Shown here: positions 40,087 through 49,610 of the stretch, piece after piece
Layout: each line of letters begins with the position of its first letter
How positions within the stretch are numbered: position 1 is the stretch's first letter
From: a candidate division WOR-3 bacterium
GTDB lineage: Bacteria > Hydrothermota > Tepidihabitantia > B3-TA06
Direction: 5' to 3'
Assembly: GCA_965649265.1 (NCBI GenBank)
Contig: CBFGKC010000003.1
Location: 32,001 to 96,000 of the forward strand
DNA length: 64,000 nucleotides
Notes under the pieces: model-generated
The model's input: only the letters and a program-made list of their open reading frames with translations
Told to the model about the DNA's origin: nothing
The model's database searches: none
Translations under genes and position numbers: made by a program

Positions 40087-41397
40087 ATGATTACGAAGTT
40101 GCCCCTGAATAGAAGGATGTGGCTTTTACTGTTCGTCCTTGCTATTGCAGGATTGCAGATGTTTATGAAAATCGGACCGTGGTTTTTTGTTGGAACAGGG
40201 ATTTTTCTTGCATTGGCCGTAGGCTATACTGCTCTAACCGTCGGGAGGGAATACCCTCACGAACCTCCTGATCCGACCTATCTTCCGTTCGTATCCATAA
40301 TCATTCCTGCCCATAATGAAGAAAACGTAATCGGCCAGACGGTATTACAGGCCTTCAAGATTCGCTACAATAAAAAGGGCAAGCGAAATTACGAAGTCTG
40401 GGTGATTGACGATCGCTCTACCGACCGAACCAGAGATGTTCTGATTACTCTAAAGAAGAAACTTAGGGGCCTTCACATTCTTTCCAGAAAGTATGATGCA
40501 TTCCCGGGAAAATCGGCTGCTCTTAATGATTGTCTTCCTCTTACGAGGGGGGAGGTGTTGCTCATACTCGATGCGGACGCACACTTTTCTATTGATCTCA
40601 TATCACAGGTGGTTCCTTTTTTGGCCGCGGGTGATATAGGAGGCGCACAGGTGGCCAAAAGGATAGCTAACCCCGAGACAAATGTACTTTGTTCCAGACA
40701 GGCAGATGAATACAAAATTGATATCAGTGTTCAGCTAGGTCGGGATACTGTAGGGGGAGCGGTCGAATTCAAAGGCAACGGAACTTTCATAAAACGCAGC
40801 GCTCTTGAAGCCGTCGGCGGATGGACCAACCACACACTTACAGATGATCTCGATCTTTCGACAAAGATGCTTCTCGGTGGCTACCGGATAAGATTCGTGC
40901 CCGATACGGCGGTCTGGGAACAGGCCGCACCCGATTTAAAAGGTTTTTTCAAGCAGAGACTAAGGTGGATCGAGGGCGGAATGATGAGATATCTCGAGTA
41001 TCTCCCACGAATTTTCCGCGGACCGATGCAACCGCGTCAGCGTTTCGACATGATTATGTTTTTGCTTGAATATGCCGTTCCTGTGTACGTTCTTTTCGAT
41101 CTCTTGTCTCAGTTTGTCTGGCAATTTACGCTCGGTTATTTACGACTCGGCAACCTTGGTCTGGTAATGCTTGCGACCATTGTCACATTCGGCGGGAAGC
41201 TCATTTCCTCTTACATCCGAGAACGCAGATATAACTTTTGGCAGATACTGGGACGGACATTCCTGACCATGTTCTACATGGGTCACTGGTTCCCGGTCGT
41301 CATTGCAGCCACATTCAACTTGATATTCGGTCTGGAATCGAGAACGTGGAAGAAAGTGAAAAGGGTAAAGGCCGAAGAAATAGTCAAAACCTCTTAA
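40087..41397 (+). CDS. membrane GT2 glycosyltransferase (glycolipid synthase/cellulose-synthase-like)
   Basis: IPAHNE, DDRSTD, GKSAALN, DAD, TDDLD, QRLRW. Confidence 0.9.
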   Translation: MITKLPLNRRMWLLLFVLAIAGLQMFMKIGPWFFVGTGIFLALAVGYTALTVGREYPHEPPDPTYLPFVSIIIPAHNEENVIGQTVLQAFKIRYNKKGKRNYEVWVIDDRSTDRTRDVLITLKKKLRGLHILSRKYDAFPGKSAALNDCLPLTRGEVLLILDADAHFSIDLISQVVPFLAAGDIGGAQVAKRIANPETNVLCSRQADEYKIDISVQLGRDTVGGAVEFKGNGTFIKRSALEAVGGWTNHTLTDDLDLSTKMLLGGYRIRFVPDTAVWEQAAPDLKGFFKQRLRWIEGGMMRYLEYLPRIFRGPMQPRQRFDMIMFLLEYAVPVYVLFDLLSQFVWQFTLGYLRLGNLGLVMLATIVTFGGKLISSYIRERRYNFWQILGRTFLTMFYMGHWFPVVIAATFNLIFGLESRTWKKVKRVKAEEIVKTS

Positions 41398-41452
41398 TCT
41401 CTTACAATGTCGCGGATGATGTAAAATGACTACCGGGGGGATGCAATTATTA

Positions 41453-41543
41453 TGTAAAATGCTTCAGTGTTTTTGAGGTTTGCTGACGTTTTGTTTTACT
41501 TTGCTAGACCGTTTTTAGGGTGCTTTTGCAGATGTTTTGTTTT
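41453..41543 (+). repeat. imperfect direct repeats, candidate transposase-binding end sites
   Basis: TTTGCTGACGTTTTGTTT, TTTGCTAGACCGTTTT and TTTGCAGATGTTTTGTTT at 21-25 bp spacing after TGTAAAATG. Confidence 0.5.
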
Positions 41544-44183
41544 TTAATGCCAACTGACTATTTTTTCGAGAAGTTTTAAACAATGATCATTGTCAGGTTC
41601 TTTTTCAAGACCAATGTTACAAAACTTTTTCGCTTGTTCTTGATCATGCATATTCATACACAACCACGCCACTCTTGAACAATCAACCCCATCTGCTTCT
41701 TCAATTCTCTTTTCCATTGCATCTACAAGAGGTCGAGCTAATCTTTCCTTTATGGTAACTTCCATGTTTGATAATTCGACGCGAAAAAGTTGGTTAATTC
41801 TGTTTGCGGTATAGCTAATTATTGCAAACGGAATATCTGGAAGTAAACACCGTTCCACAAGGGCTTGGGCTTCACCCTCCCAATCCACGGTAATACGACA
41901 CAAATTAGCTAATCTTTTCCAGGCATCAAGTTGGTCATTTATTGATGAAGGTTTTTCAAGAAAGGTGCGTATTGCATTTTTTGCCTTATTAAAATCACGA
42001 ATGGGTCTTTCTTCGTACAGAGTAGCTATAAGTAACCATGCAGGAGTATAATTGCGAGCTATTAATTCTAACATTGGAAGGTGTTTATCTAATTCGGTGG
42101 CTTTTTTAGAAACCAAATCTGATATATACTTAAAGAGCCTCTGTATACGTGGCCCGAATCCGTGTCGGATATCTGATTTTTGTGCTGCACCAAACATCCG
42201 AAGTAGCTGAGTATCAGTTTCTATAGCGCTTTTTTGGACACTTGTTCTTAGTTTACTGCTTCCAAATTGTGCTGCCGCTAATGGTACCGTTATGAAAATT
42301 TGTTTGTCTGCTTCCGATCGCATAATCTCGACCAATGAACTTCTAACCAGTTCGTCAATTCCTTCTTCAACATCCATCTTCTCACTCTCAGGTCTACTGA
42401 GAAGAACTGCCTCTAATGCAAGTTTCGGAATGGTTGAACGCCAATTACACAAAGTAAGGAATACTCGATTTGCTACCGGAGAAAGTCTTGTATATGTCCT
42501 TTCAAATAGAGCTTCCAATATCTCGCCTTTACCTGCAACAATTCTTTCGACAGATTCGAATTTTTGGGATTTTGCCATTTCTCCAAGTAGTATTTTGATA
42601 ACATAAGGATGCCCATCGGATTCGTGGTACAATTCAGACTTGACTTTTTTGTCAAGGATATTATGTAACCCAAGAGGACCAGAAACAACATCAATAAGTT
42701 TTCCACTTTCTTCTTCGGTCATACCTCTAACTTCAAGAGGGTAGTCTGCTTTAAAGTCACTCCTCCGAGTAGTGATAAGAACCTTGTTTGGGAGTCTTAC
42801 ATGTGCGTCAATCCATTTGTAAAGTTCCATGGGGTGTTCAATAGTTTCAAAATTATCAAACACAAAAAGTGTAGGTTTGAATCCTGTTGGAACTTCGTTT
42901 AATTGTTCAGCAAAAAAATCAACAGATCGAAAATCTTTCATTCGGAATTCGGGGGGCTTTACAAGACGAGTATACTCATCCGCTATTTCATTCAATGTGA
43001 CTACATGGGGTGCTACTGGTTTCGGGCCTTCTGGTAAAAGGTCAATGTCTCGAGCAGAAAACCAGACATTGACTTCAAATTTCCCTACTTCTGATATACG
43101 ATGAAGTACAGTCAGTGCCAACCAAGTTTTACCTATACCGCCTCTTCCCCTTAGAGATACGATTGGGTGCCTATCGTCCATAAGCACCCGGTACAATTCC
43201 TCTTCTAGTTCTTTTCTTTCAATGTAATCTGGTTGTTGCGGAGGAAGGTTCCCGAGCCCTTTCCCTTGCACATCAAATTCTCCAAGGCCCTGCGTATCAC
43301 TTTGGGGTAATGAAGATGCAGGTCGAGAATATTTTGAACCATCTTTGTCGGGATTCTCACCCGTGATATAAGAAAGGGTTTCAAATCGGTTGTCTTTAAA
43401 ACTTCCATTCGGGTAGAAAAAATCTCTTGCATCAGGGTCAGACTCTATTAATTCAACATGGCTTGGTGAAGAATACCCGAAGTGAACATATACACCATCT
43501 TCGAAATGAGGTAAATTAACCGCACCGCTTTTTCTTTTTAGATAGTCAAAACTTGTGGTGTTTCTAGACCAAGAAGTGACTCGGTAGGCATAGTGAAGAT
43601 TACGGCGTAGGTAAGCCCATGGTCTTTCAAATAAGGAGTAATTATTACAGAGGATTAATATTGATTTATAGAGATCAGGGCCTAGCGGACAGCAGACGCT
43701 CGTAAGTAATGCCCCATGTCCCTTTGTCTTATTTCTAAAAGTGGAAAAATATGAAAACCACATTCGCCCGCTAACCTGATTTGGCAAATCTAAAGACTCA
43801 GACCCAATTGCCTTCAAGCATTTATGCATAAGCGCGACTGCGTCATATTGCCACTCCCCATCTTTATGTTTTTGGGTTAGTTCATTTCGTTCATTCCTTA
43901 CTTCGATTGGAAGAAGCTGAGCTGTTTTTCCAGTATAGCTAAGAATTTCATCAATCGCATCGCTCCATGTACCCACGCCACCAGCACGAACTAAATTGTA
44001 TACTTGTAGGTATTTATGTCTTTCTTGATCTTCACCCATTGCAGCAACAAGTCCTGCGGCGACAGTTTTGGTCAACATTTCTCCGAAGAGGAGCAAATCT
44101 GAGAAAAAGGTCATATCCGAGTCTTCACGTGCTCTTTCAACTCGTTCATTCATGCGGTCGAAAGGAAGAAACCCTAAACTCAT
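41544..44183 (-). CDS. STAND NTPase: HEPN-like N-terminus + NB-ARC + TPR-like C-terminus
   Basis: GRGGIGKT, FVFDNFE, LITTR, GHP; RNKTKGH motif; AT-rich. Confidence 0.85.
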   Translation of the reverse strand: MSLGFLPFDRMNERVERAREDSDMTFFSDLLLFGEMLTKTVAAGLVAAMGEDQERHKYLQVYNLVRAGGVGTWSDAIDEILSYTGKTAQLLPIEVRNERNELTQKHKDGEWQYDAVALMHKCLKAIGSESLDLPNQVSGRMWFSYFSTFRNKTKGHGALLTSVCCPLGPDLYKSILILCNNYSLFERPWAYLRRNLHYAYRVTSWSRNTTSFDYLKRKSGAVNLPHFEDGVYVHFGYSSPSHVELIESDPDARDFFYPNGSFKDNRFETLSYITGENPDKDGSKYSRPASSLPQSDTQGLGEFDVQGKGLGNLPPQQPDYIERKELEEELYRVLMDDRHPIVSLRGRGGIGKTWLALTVLHRISEVGKFEVNVWFSARDIDLLPEGPKPVAPHVVTLNEIADEYTRLVKPPEFRMKDFRSVDFFAEQLNEVPTGFKPTLFVFDNFETIEHPMELYKWIDAHVRLPNKVLITTRRSDFKADYPLEVRGMTEEESGKLIDVVSGPLGLHNILDKKVKSELYHESDGHPYVIKILLGEMAKSQKFESVERIVAGKGEILEALFERTYTRLSPVANRVFLTLCNWRSTIPKLALEAVLLSRPESEKMDVEEGIDELVRSSLVEIMRSEADKQIFITVPLAAAQFGSSKLRTSVQKSAIETDTQLLRMFGAAQKSDIRHGFGPRIQRLFKYISDLVSKKATELDKHLPMLELIARNYTPAWLLIATLYEERPIRDFNKAKNAIRTFLEKPSSINDQLDAWKRLANLCRITVDWEGEAQALVERCLLPDIPFAIISYTANRINQLFRVELSNMEVTIKERLARPLVDAMEKRIEEADGVDCSRVAWLCMNMHDQEQAKKFCNIGLEKEPDNDHCLKLLEKIVSWH

Positions 44184-44403
44184 TATTCGCCTCTTGCTTC
44201 TGAAAGGACTTTATAATATAATTTTAAATTGAATGGCAGGATATAATAAAAAAGATCGACGATCTTCAAAGCAATATTATGCCCCAAGATATTTCGATTG
44301 TTTTCAACTTTAAACCGGTCGCCCCAGTAACCCATAATATATAATAACTAAAGTCAGTTATTTTGTCAAGCCTTGTCCCCGATCACACTCGTTATTCTTT
44401 CAC

Positions 44404-45324
44404 TCACTCCGACCTCCCCTGGAAGGACTTCTCTTCACGACAGAGTTCCAAAGCTCTTTTGTTCCGCCACACGATCTCTATCCTTTCACTTCGTTTCTTT
44501 CCTTCGGCCTTCTTTGTCAACGACGCAAAACAATAGGTTTTGAAAATGGACTTATCCCATTTTGCCTTCTCCAATGGGGCGTATAACGGATTGTCGTATC
44601 CTGAAAGGACAACTGCACCTTTAATCTTCAATAATACTGTAATCAATTCCTTGTGGTGCTCGTCATCCATTTCGTGTCTGTAACTACCGCTCTTTCGAGT
44701 ACTATGAACATACGGAGGATCCAAGTAGAAGACTGTATCTTTAGAGTCCCACTTTTGGATCACATCAAGGGCATTTCTATTTTCTATTTGAACGCAAGTC
44801 AGACGTTTATGCCACCAATATAACGCGGCCAATCTTATTCTCCAACCTTGTGTTTTCTTGCAGCGGTTACCATCTGGTGTTACTGCACGAGCCCAACTTG
44901 CCTTATGGTGATCGACACTACCGCTAATGCCTTGATTCTGAGCTACAAAAAGTGCCCAAGCTCGATCATCAAGTGAAGATTCTTGATCTTTTAAAACCTC
45001 AACAGCCTTTTCGTATTCCTTTCGTGCGTAAAGTGTCCAGACCACTCTGTGCGCCAGCTTGTCGAATCTCTTTTGATCCTGAAGCGCTCGAAAAAGAGCC
45101 ACCAGGTTTTCGTCTAGGTCATTATAGACTTCAATTGCCACTGGTTCTCTGTGAAAAAGAATGTTAGCCGCGCCTCCGTAAGGTTCGACATATACTTTTC
45201 CTTTCGGTATCAGTGGTATCAATTTATCTGCGATCAGTCCCTTACCCCCGAACCAAATTAGTGGCGCGACGGTTCGTCTTGATTTGGGTAAGGCACTAAT
45301 GATGAAGTGTGTAAAGTAATGCAT
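44404..45324 (-). CDS. Dam-like (D12 class) DNA adenine methyltransferase
   Basis: WFGGKG, EPYGG, YNDLD, YLDPPY. Confidence 0.92.
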   Translation of the reverse strand: MHYFTHFIISALPKSRRTVAPLIWFGGKGLIADKLIPLIPKGKVYVEPYGGAANILFHREPVAIEVYNDLDENLVALFRALQDQKRFDKLAHRVVWTLYARKEYEKAVEVLKDQESSLDDRAWALFVAQNQGISGSVDHHKASWARAVTPDGNRCKKTQGWRIRLAALYWWHKRLTCVQIENRNALDVIQKWDSKDTVFYLDPPYVHSTRKSGSYRHEMDDEHHKELITVLLKIKGAVVLSGYDNPLYAPLEKAKWDKSIFKTYCFASLTKKAEGKKRSERIEIVWRNKRALELCREEKSFQGRSE

Positions 45325-45348
45325 ATCCTTCCTTTCTTCCCCCTCAGT

Positions 45349-46881
45349 TTAGCCTTTAAATACTCTCGCTATGCCCCCTGCGAATCTCTCGACTACAGAA
45401 AAAACTCTACGTTTGAGTGACTGAATTCTGATTCTTCGTCTGCCCATACCTATTCCCTCAATCTCCAATTTCATCATACCGGCCACAAGAGCGTCTGGAA
45501 AGTGATCTTCTTTCTTCACTATGTGGCCGCCCTCGTCCCTTCTCCACCTGCGCAACTGCCTCAAAAGCATGTGCTCCGAAGGTCTGATTCCTATCTTTCC
45601 CTTTTCAAATAGGTAAGCCAGATTCGAGACGCCTTCCTCTTTGAATGTATTGAATACGACGCCCAGAGTTGCATCAGGGTCTTCCGGTTTCGAACTCCAA
45701 ACGGCGAATCCTTCGTCGCGCATTCTCTTGTTCTCGAACGGATGCGAGGAGTCGCCGAATACTTCGCGCACTCCCCAAAGATCGCGAAGTTTCCTAAGCT
45801 TTTCTACTATCGGATCGATCCCGTGTCTCGAAAACATTTCAGTGTGACGCACGAATACCGTATCCCCGGCTATACCGAGGATCACCACGGCCGTCATGCT
45901 GGCAAATCCCCAGTCGATACAGAACCAGGAGTAGTCGAACTGGACAGGAAAGCCTCGACTTCCCAAATCTATGGCTCTGTCAATGTCCGGAATCTGGATC
46001 ACCAGGCCGGTGGAAGCCGGCCGCATACCCATTATTTCGACCTCGAATGTGTCCTTCGGAGAATCCTTCCACTCGCCTACGATCTCGTTGACGTCTATCC
46101 ATCCGTTAGAACGCTTCGCTTTCCCCTTGCAGTATTTATCTTTGAACTCCGGCACCGGGCAGTTCTCGCATTCGTAGGCGCAGGGTTTCGCGATATCGAA
46201 GCTGTCCCAGGAGAAGAGTTCGTACCCCAATTCCTTGTGATTTTCGACGAGATCTGGGAAACTGCCTGTAAGCTTGTGATACGTGGACATGCGAAGGATG
46301 ATCGCAGGTTTCGCGGTACGTACCGTATAGCGGGCGGCTTTCATGACATCATCGTCGGTTTCCGCTTCTTCGTCGATGATGAGAAGGGCGCCGCGCTTGC
46401 CCCGTCCCAGGTGCATGCCTCTAATCGACTTCGGAGAGGCGGTCTTCGCCACGATCCGGTTGCCGGTCTTCCCGACGAGATCGCTGTGGCGTATCCGTTC
46501 TACGGCGTCGCTCAACTGTTCTTCCTCTTCCGCAAGGTCGAGCCAGTCGGTGATGTATCCGAAGAGGGTCAAGGCCTGGGTCTCTGAGCCAGCGACTATC
46601 CCGACATCATAATCCTTGAAGAGAAAGAAAGCGGTCGCGATAATGGCAGCCCCGAAAGTTTTTCCTCCTCCTCGTGGGCCGAGCGCGACGGCTTTCAAGA
46701 CTTCGGTTGAATAAAGCTGGTTGAACATCCTTTCGAACGTAGGAAAGAAATTGATGCCGCGTTCCTTGAAGAACAACTGAGGGTCTTTCTTGTAGACGTT
46801 CTCGTGACGCTTAAGGAGACTGACTGCATCGACCAGGAGACTTCGTCTGACCTCTTGTAGATTGAGCGTTTCCTCAGGCAC
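45349..46881 (-). CDS. terminase large subunit
   Basis: GPRGGGKT, LLIIDEE, CIDWG, DHFPDAL. Confidence 0.85.
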   Translation of the reverse strand: MPEETLNLQEVRRSLLVDAVSLLKRHENVYKKDPQLFFKERGINFFPTFERMFNQLYSTEVLKAVALGPRGGGKTFGAAIIATAFFLFKDYDVGIVAGSETQALTLFGYITDWLDLAEEEEQLSDAVERIRHSDLVGKTGNRIVAKTASPKSIRGMHLGRGKRGALLIIDEEAETDDDVMKAARYTVRTAKPAIILRMSTYHKLTGSFPDLVENHKELGYELFSWDSFDIAKPCAYECENCPVPEFKDKYCKGKAKRSNGWIDVNEIVGEWKDSPKDTFEVEIMGMRPASTGLVIQIPDIDRAIDLGSRGFPVQFDYSWFCIDWGFASMTAVVILGIAGDTVFVRHTEMFSRHGIDPIVEKLRKLRDLWGVREVFGDSSHPFENKRMRDEGFAVWSSKPEDPDATLGVVFNTFKEEGVSNLAYLFEKGKIGIRPSEHMLLRQLRRWRRDEGGHIVKKEDHFPDALVAGMMKLEIEGIGMGRRRIRIQSLKRRVFSVVERFAGGIARVFKG

Positions 46882-47431
46882 CAGAGCCTCTATTCAGAGC
46901 CTTCAGCCTTCTTTCGAGTTCATTGAAGATCTCGTCTTGCTTTTCAGTAAAAGCAGTACCCAGCAGTCTTCTAAGTATCTCCACGAAGGGTTCCATTGCC
47001 GATTCGAGGATTTTTCTTACGTTCGGACCCTTCGATTGCCCCTCCATGATCTTCAAACGCTCGCGTTCCAGTTCAACCAGTGCATAGATCGCCTGTCCGG
47101 GCGAGAGTCTGACCCCTTCCTTGACTTGCTGCAGATACTGATCATAGGTCGTATTGATTAGCTTCGAGTACCTTTCGAGTGTACTCAACTTCTCGTCAAC
47201 GACTCTGGCTCTTAGTTTCTCGGCGAGGTCGGACTTGGCTATCTCATCCTGGGCTTCCCAATCGTCCTCAATACGCCACTGGTCGATGGTTCGTGTTGTC
47301 GGTCCCTGAATTTTGAGCTTCTTGCGGCAGTAATCGTCGAGTTGTGCGGCTATCTGGGGTCTGGAAAAGCCTTTTCCATGAAGGGTATATGCGAGGGTTC
47401 GTATTTCCGGAGGGTATTTCTTACTTGCCAT
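46874..47431 (-). CDS. terminase small subunit-like HTH protein
   Basis: YPPEIRTLAY...PQIA...TIDQWRIEDDWE; lies directly upstream of TerL. Confidence 0.7.
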   Translation of the reverse strand: MASKKYPPEIRTLAYTLHGKGFSRPQIAAQLDDYCRKKLKIQGPTTRTIDQWRIEDDWEAQDEIAKSDLAEKLRARVVDEKLSTLERYSKLINTTYDQYLQQVKEGVRLSPGQAIYALVELERERLKIMEGQSKGPNVRKILESAMEPFVEILRRLLGTAFTEKQDEIFNELERRLKALNRGSGA

Positions 47432-47669
47432 TTTGGTGTTTTTCAGTCTCGACAAGCGAATGTAGACTTTTCAAGGCCTTCTCTTTATAAAGTTCGTGCA
47501 GTTCCTCCTCTCTCGATTCAAGCAATTTCCTGTATTTGGCAATCTCCTCGTCTTTCTCTTTGTCTATTCGGATTCTTGTTTCTTGAAGAACTTTCCATAA
47601 GGCCACGACAGCTACGATCAAAGTTGAAAGGGGGATTCCGAAGTCTTTGACCAGAGACAGAATATCCAA
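47421..47669 (-). CDS. BhlA/UviB-like holin candidate (1 TM + coiled coil)
   Basis: DFGIPLSTLIVAVVALW then a charged coiled coil; within the lysis cluster. Confidence 0.55.
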   Translation of the reverse strand: MDILSLVKDFGIPLSTLIVAVVALWKVLQETRIRIDKEKDEEIAKYRKLLESREEELHELYKEKALKSLHSLVETEKHQNGK

Positions 47670-47678
47670 ATTCCACCC

Positions 47679-47948
47679 CTAGCCCTGGAGTTTCTTCAGG
47701 ACCTCATCCGCTTTCTCGCAATCGGCGTTGCGCAGAATTGAATAAGCACTCACGTCAGAGAAAAACTGCGCATCGGAAGTCTGACGATCCTTATATGCCT
47801 GGAGTCCCTGAACGAGATTGTTTTCGGCGCTTTCGACAGCGGTTAAGGCGCTTTTGGGATCTTTGCCCTCGGAGCATTTCTTCCTTGCAAGGGATATTGC
47901 CTCGAGGGCCCTGGCGAAATATTCTATGGGTTGAGGTTTTCTTGCCAT
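47679..47948 (-). CDS. phage hypothetical protein
   Basis: GGAGG RBS before ATG 47948, just after the endolysin stop. Confidence 0.65.
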   Translation of the reverse strand: MARKPQPIEYFARALEAISLARKKCSEGKDPKSALTAVESAENNLVQGLQAYKDRQTSDAQFFSDVSAYSILRNADCEKADEVLKKLQG

Positions 47949-47950
47949 TC

Positions 47951-48883
47951 TTATCCTCCAAATGCGAGTTGTTTGAGTTTTAACCAACTCTCCTTGCCGC
48001 ATACCCCGTCTGGCTTGAGGCCGTTAGCCTCTTGAAATTCAATGAAAGCGTTTTGCGTCTTCGTCATCCAGTCACCGTCGACCTTTCCTGGATCGTGGTG
48101 CAGTGTCTTCAGTAATTCCTGAAGCCTGCGAACCGGACCGAAATCAGTCAGATCGCGAATCCCCATCCTCAGCGTCGGATCGAACCTTGGGGGTCCGTAC
48201 GTATGTCTTGCTGCTTGCGAAAATTCACTGTAGTCGTTCATACCCCATAGAGTGAGGATGACGGGCGTTCCTTTGGGATGATCCTCGAACCAGGCAAGGA
48301 ACGTTTTCCAAGGCTCGCCTTCCCAGCTGCCACAGGGCCCTACGCAGCCCGCGCTGTAATCGAAAATGCTGGGGTCGGTCTGTTTTCCCATGGGATGGAA
48401 CCACTGTCCTATCGCATCGGTACGGGGTATCTCGTCAACGTCCTGGGTGTAACGGTTTCCCTGGTTCTTTCTGTCTCGCCAGAAACGGGTCTTGCCGGCT
48501 ACACCTTGAAGCACAAGTCGTCCGTCCTTCGGTCTGTTCGTAGCCTCGAATGGATGCTGTCCCCAGCACAGATTCGCGGCACCTTCGGGATTGGCCTTCT
48601 CCGTCTCGGTATAAAGCCTTCCTGGAGCGGACGTGCCGTAAGACGCAAAAATCTCTTTCTGTTTAGTCAGTGGATTTATCCTAGCCAGTACGCAGGTGTC
48701 GTTGTACTTGTCCGGCTCGTTGTCGTTCGAGGATATTCTTTGGAGATCTGTACCTTCCCTTTCCGGCGTAGCGCCCTGTATGAAAATGATGTTGACGGCT
48801 CCCGGATCGTCGTTCCACTTGCCGCATAATCCTTGTCTAACGAACCGTTCGAGGTAGCCGTAGTCGAGATTCTCGGAAAGCAT
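47951..48883 (-). CDS. endolysin with C-terminal PG_binding_1 domain
   Basis: DPGKVDGDW...FQEANGLKPDGVCG; catalytic-type WFH...YSAGC; TGATG overlap gives start 48883. Confidence 0.8.
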   Translation of the reverse strand: MLSENLDYGYLERFVRQGLCGKWNDDPGAVNIIFIQGATPEREGTDLQRISSNDNEPDKYNDTCVLARINPLTKQKEIFASYGTSAPGRLYTETEKANPEGAANLCWGQHPFEATNRPKDGRLVLQGVAGKTRFWRDRKNQGNRYTQDVDEIPRTDAIGQWFHPMGKQTDPSIFDYSAGCVGPCGSWEGEPWKTFLAWFEDHPKGTPVILTLWGMNDYSEFSQAARHTYGPPRFDPTLRMGIRDLTDFGPVRRLQELLKTLHHDPGKVDGDWMTKTQNAFIEFQEANGLKPDGVCGKESWLKLKQLAFGG

Positions 48884-49548
48884 CAGAACCTCCATCCAGC
48901 TTCGGCGGTGAGTTGAATGCCGTAAAGTGTCACAGTCGGACCTACGCTTACTGGCCCCCATCCGATATATCCCCTTATGGCAGGCTCTACAAAAGGCATA
49001 GTCGAATCACCCCACAGTTTGAAGCCCGCGTTGATAGCCAAACCGCCGTAAAATTTAGTCCAGAATCCTCGAGGCTTTTCCACGTAAAATCCGTCGCCCT
49101 TCGTCTTGATGGAGAAGTCGGTCTCTACATCGTAAAGATATTCTTTGACTAACGCCGTATTATTCCACGAATCGGCAGGGACGAGTGAAGTAAAACTCAG
49201 TTTGTGCCCTTTCTTTTCGAGGTCTATGATTGCTTCGGGCCAGTGACCCCATATCGTATCGGGAATGATGCTGTCCTTCGAGACGAAAACCGTTTCCGGT
49301 TTCGCCTCTTTCTTGAATGGTTTCTCATACCATTTGATGACCGTATCTTGCTTCAGGTTTTTGAGATAATCGGCGAGGCTGTCCAGGTTGACGATTCGTT
49401 TCTGCAAATCCCCTAATTGCCCCCACAAAGGCACGACGCTCTTCTGTTCCTTCCAGCATGATCCGGTAATGAAACCTGCTATCACGGCCACTATAACTGC
49501 GAGTGTCCACCAGAAGATACGTCGAAAAAGAGGTTGTTTACTTTCCAT
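48883..49548 (-). CDS. spanin-like protein
   Basis: N-terminal TM, coiled coil, C-terminal beta strands ending in F; next to the endolysin. Confidence 0.5.
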   Translation of the reverse strand: MESKQPLFRRIFWWTLAVIVAVIAGFITGSCWKEQKSVVPLWGQLGDLQKRIVNLDSLADYLKNLKQDTVIKWYEKPFKKEAKPETVFVSKDSIIPDTIWGHWPEAIIDLEKKGHKLSFTSLVPADSWNNTALVKEYLYDVETDFSIKTKGDGFYVEKPRGFWTKFYGGLAINAGFKLWGDSTMPFVEPAIRGYIGWGPVSVGPTVTLYGIQLTAEAGWRF

Positions 49549-49567
49549 GTATTAGTGTAATTTTGCA

Positions 49568-49610
49568 CTTGAGCGTGTCGAGGTTTTTCTGAGCGCACGG
49601 TAGTCTTTTA
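49568..49610 (-). promoter_or_regulatory. phage late-promoter motif, copy 1
   Basis: 37/43 identical to 62433-62475; followed 8 nt later by -10 TACACT. Confidence 0.7.

Noticed and set aside
45742-46587. 281-aa plus-strand ORF and similar antisense ORFs (e.g. 48278-48829, 49611-50198)
   Set aside because: Shadows of well-supported minus-strand genes with no recognisable motifs
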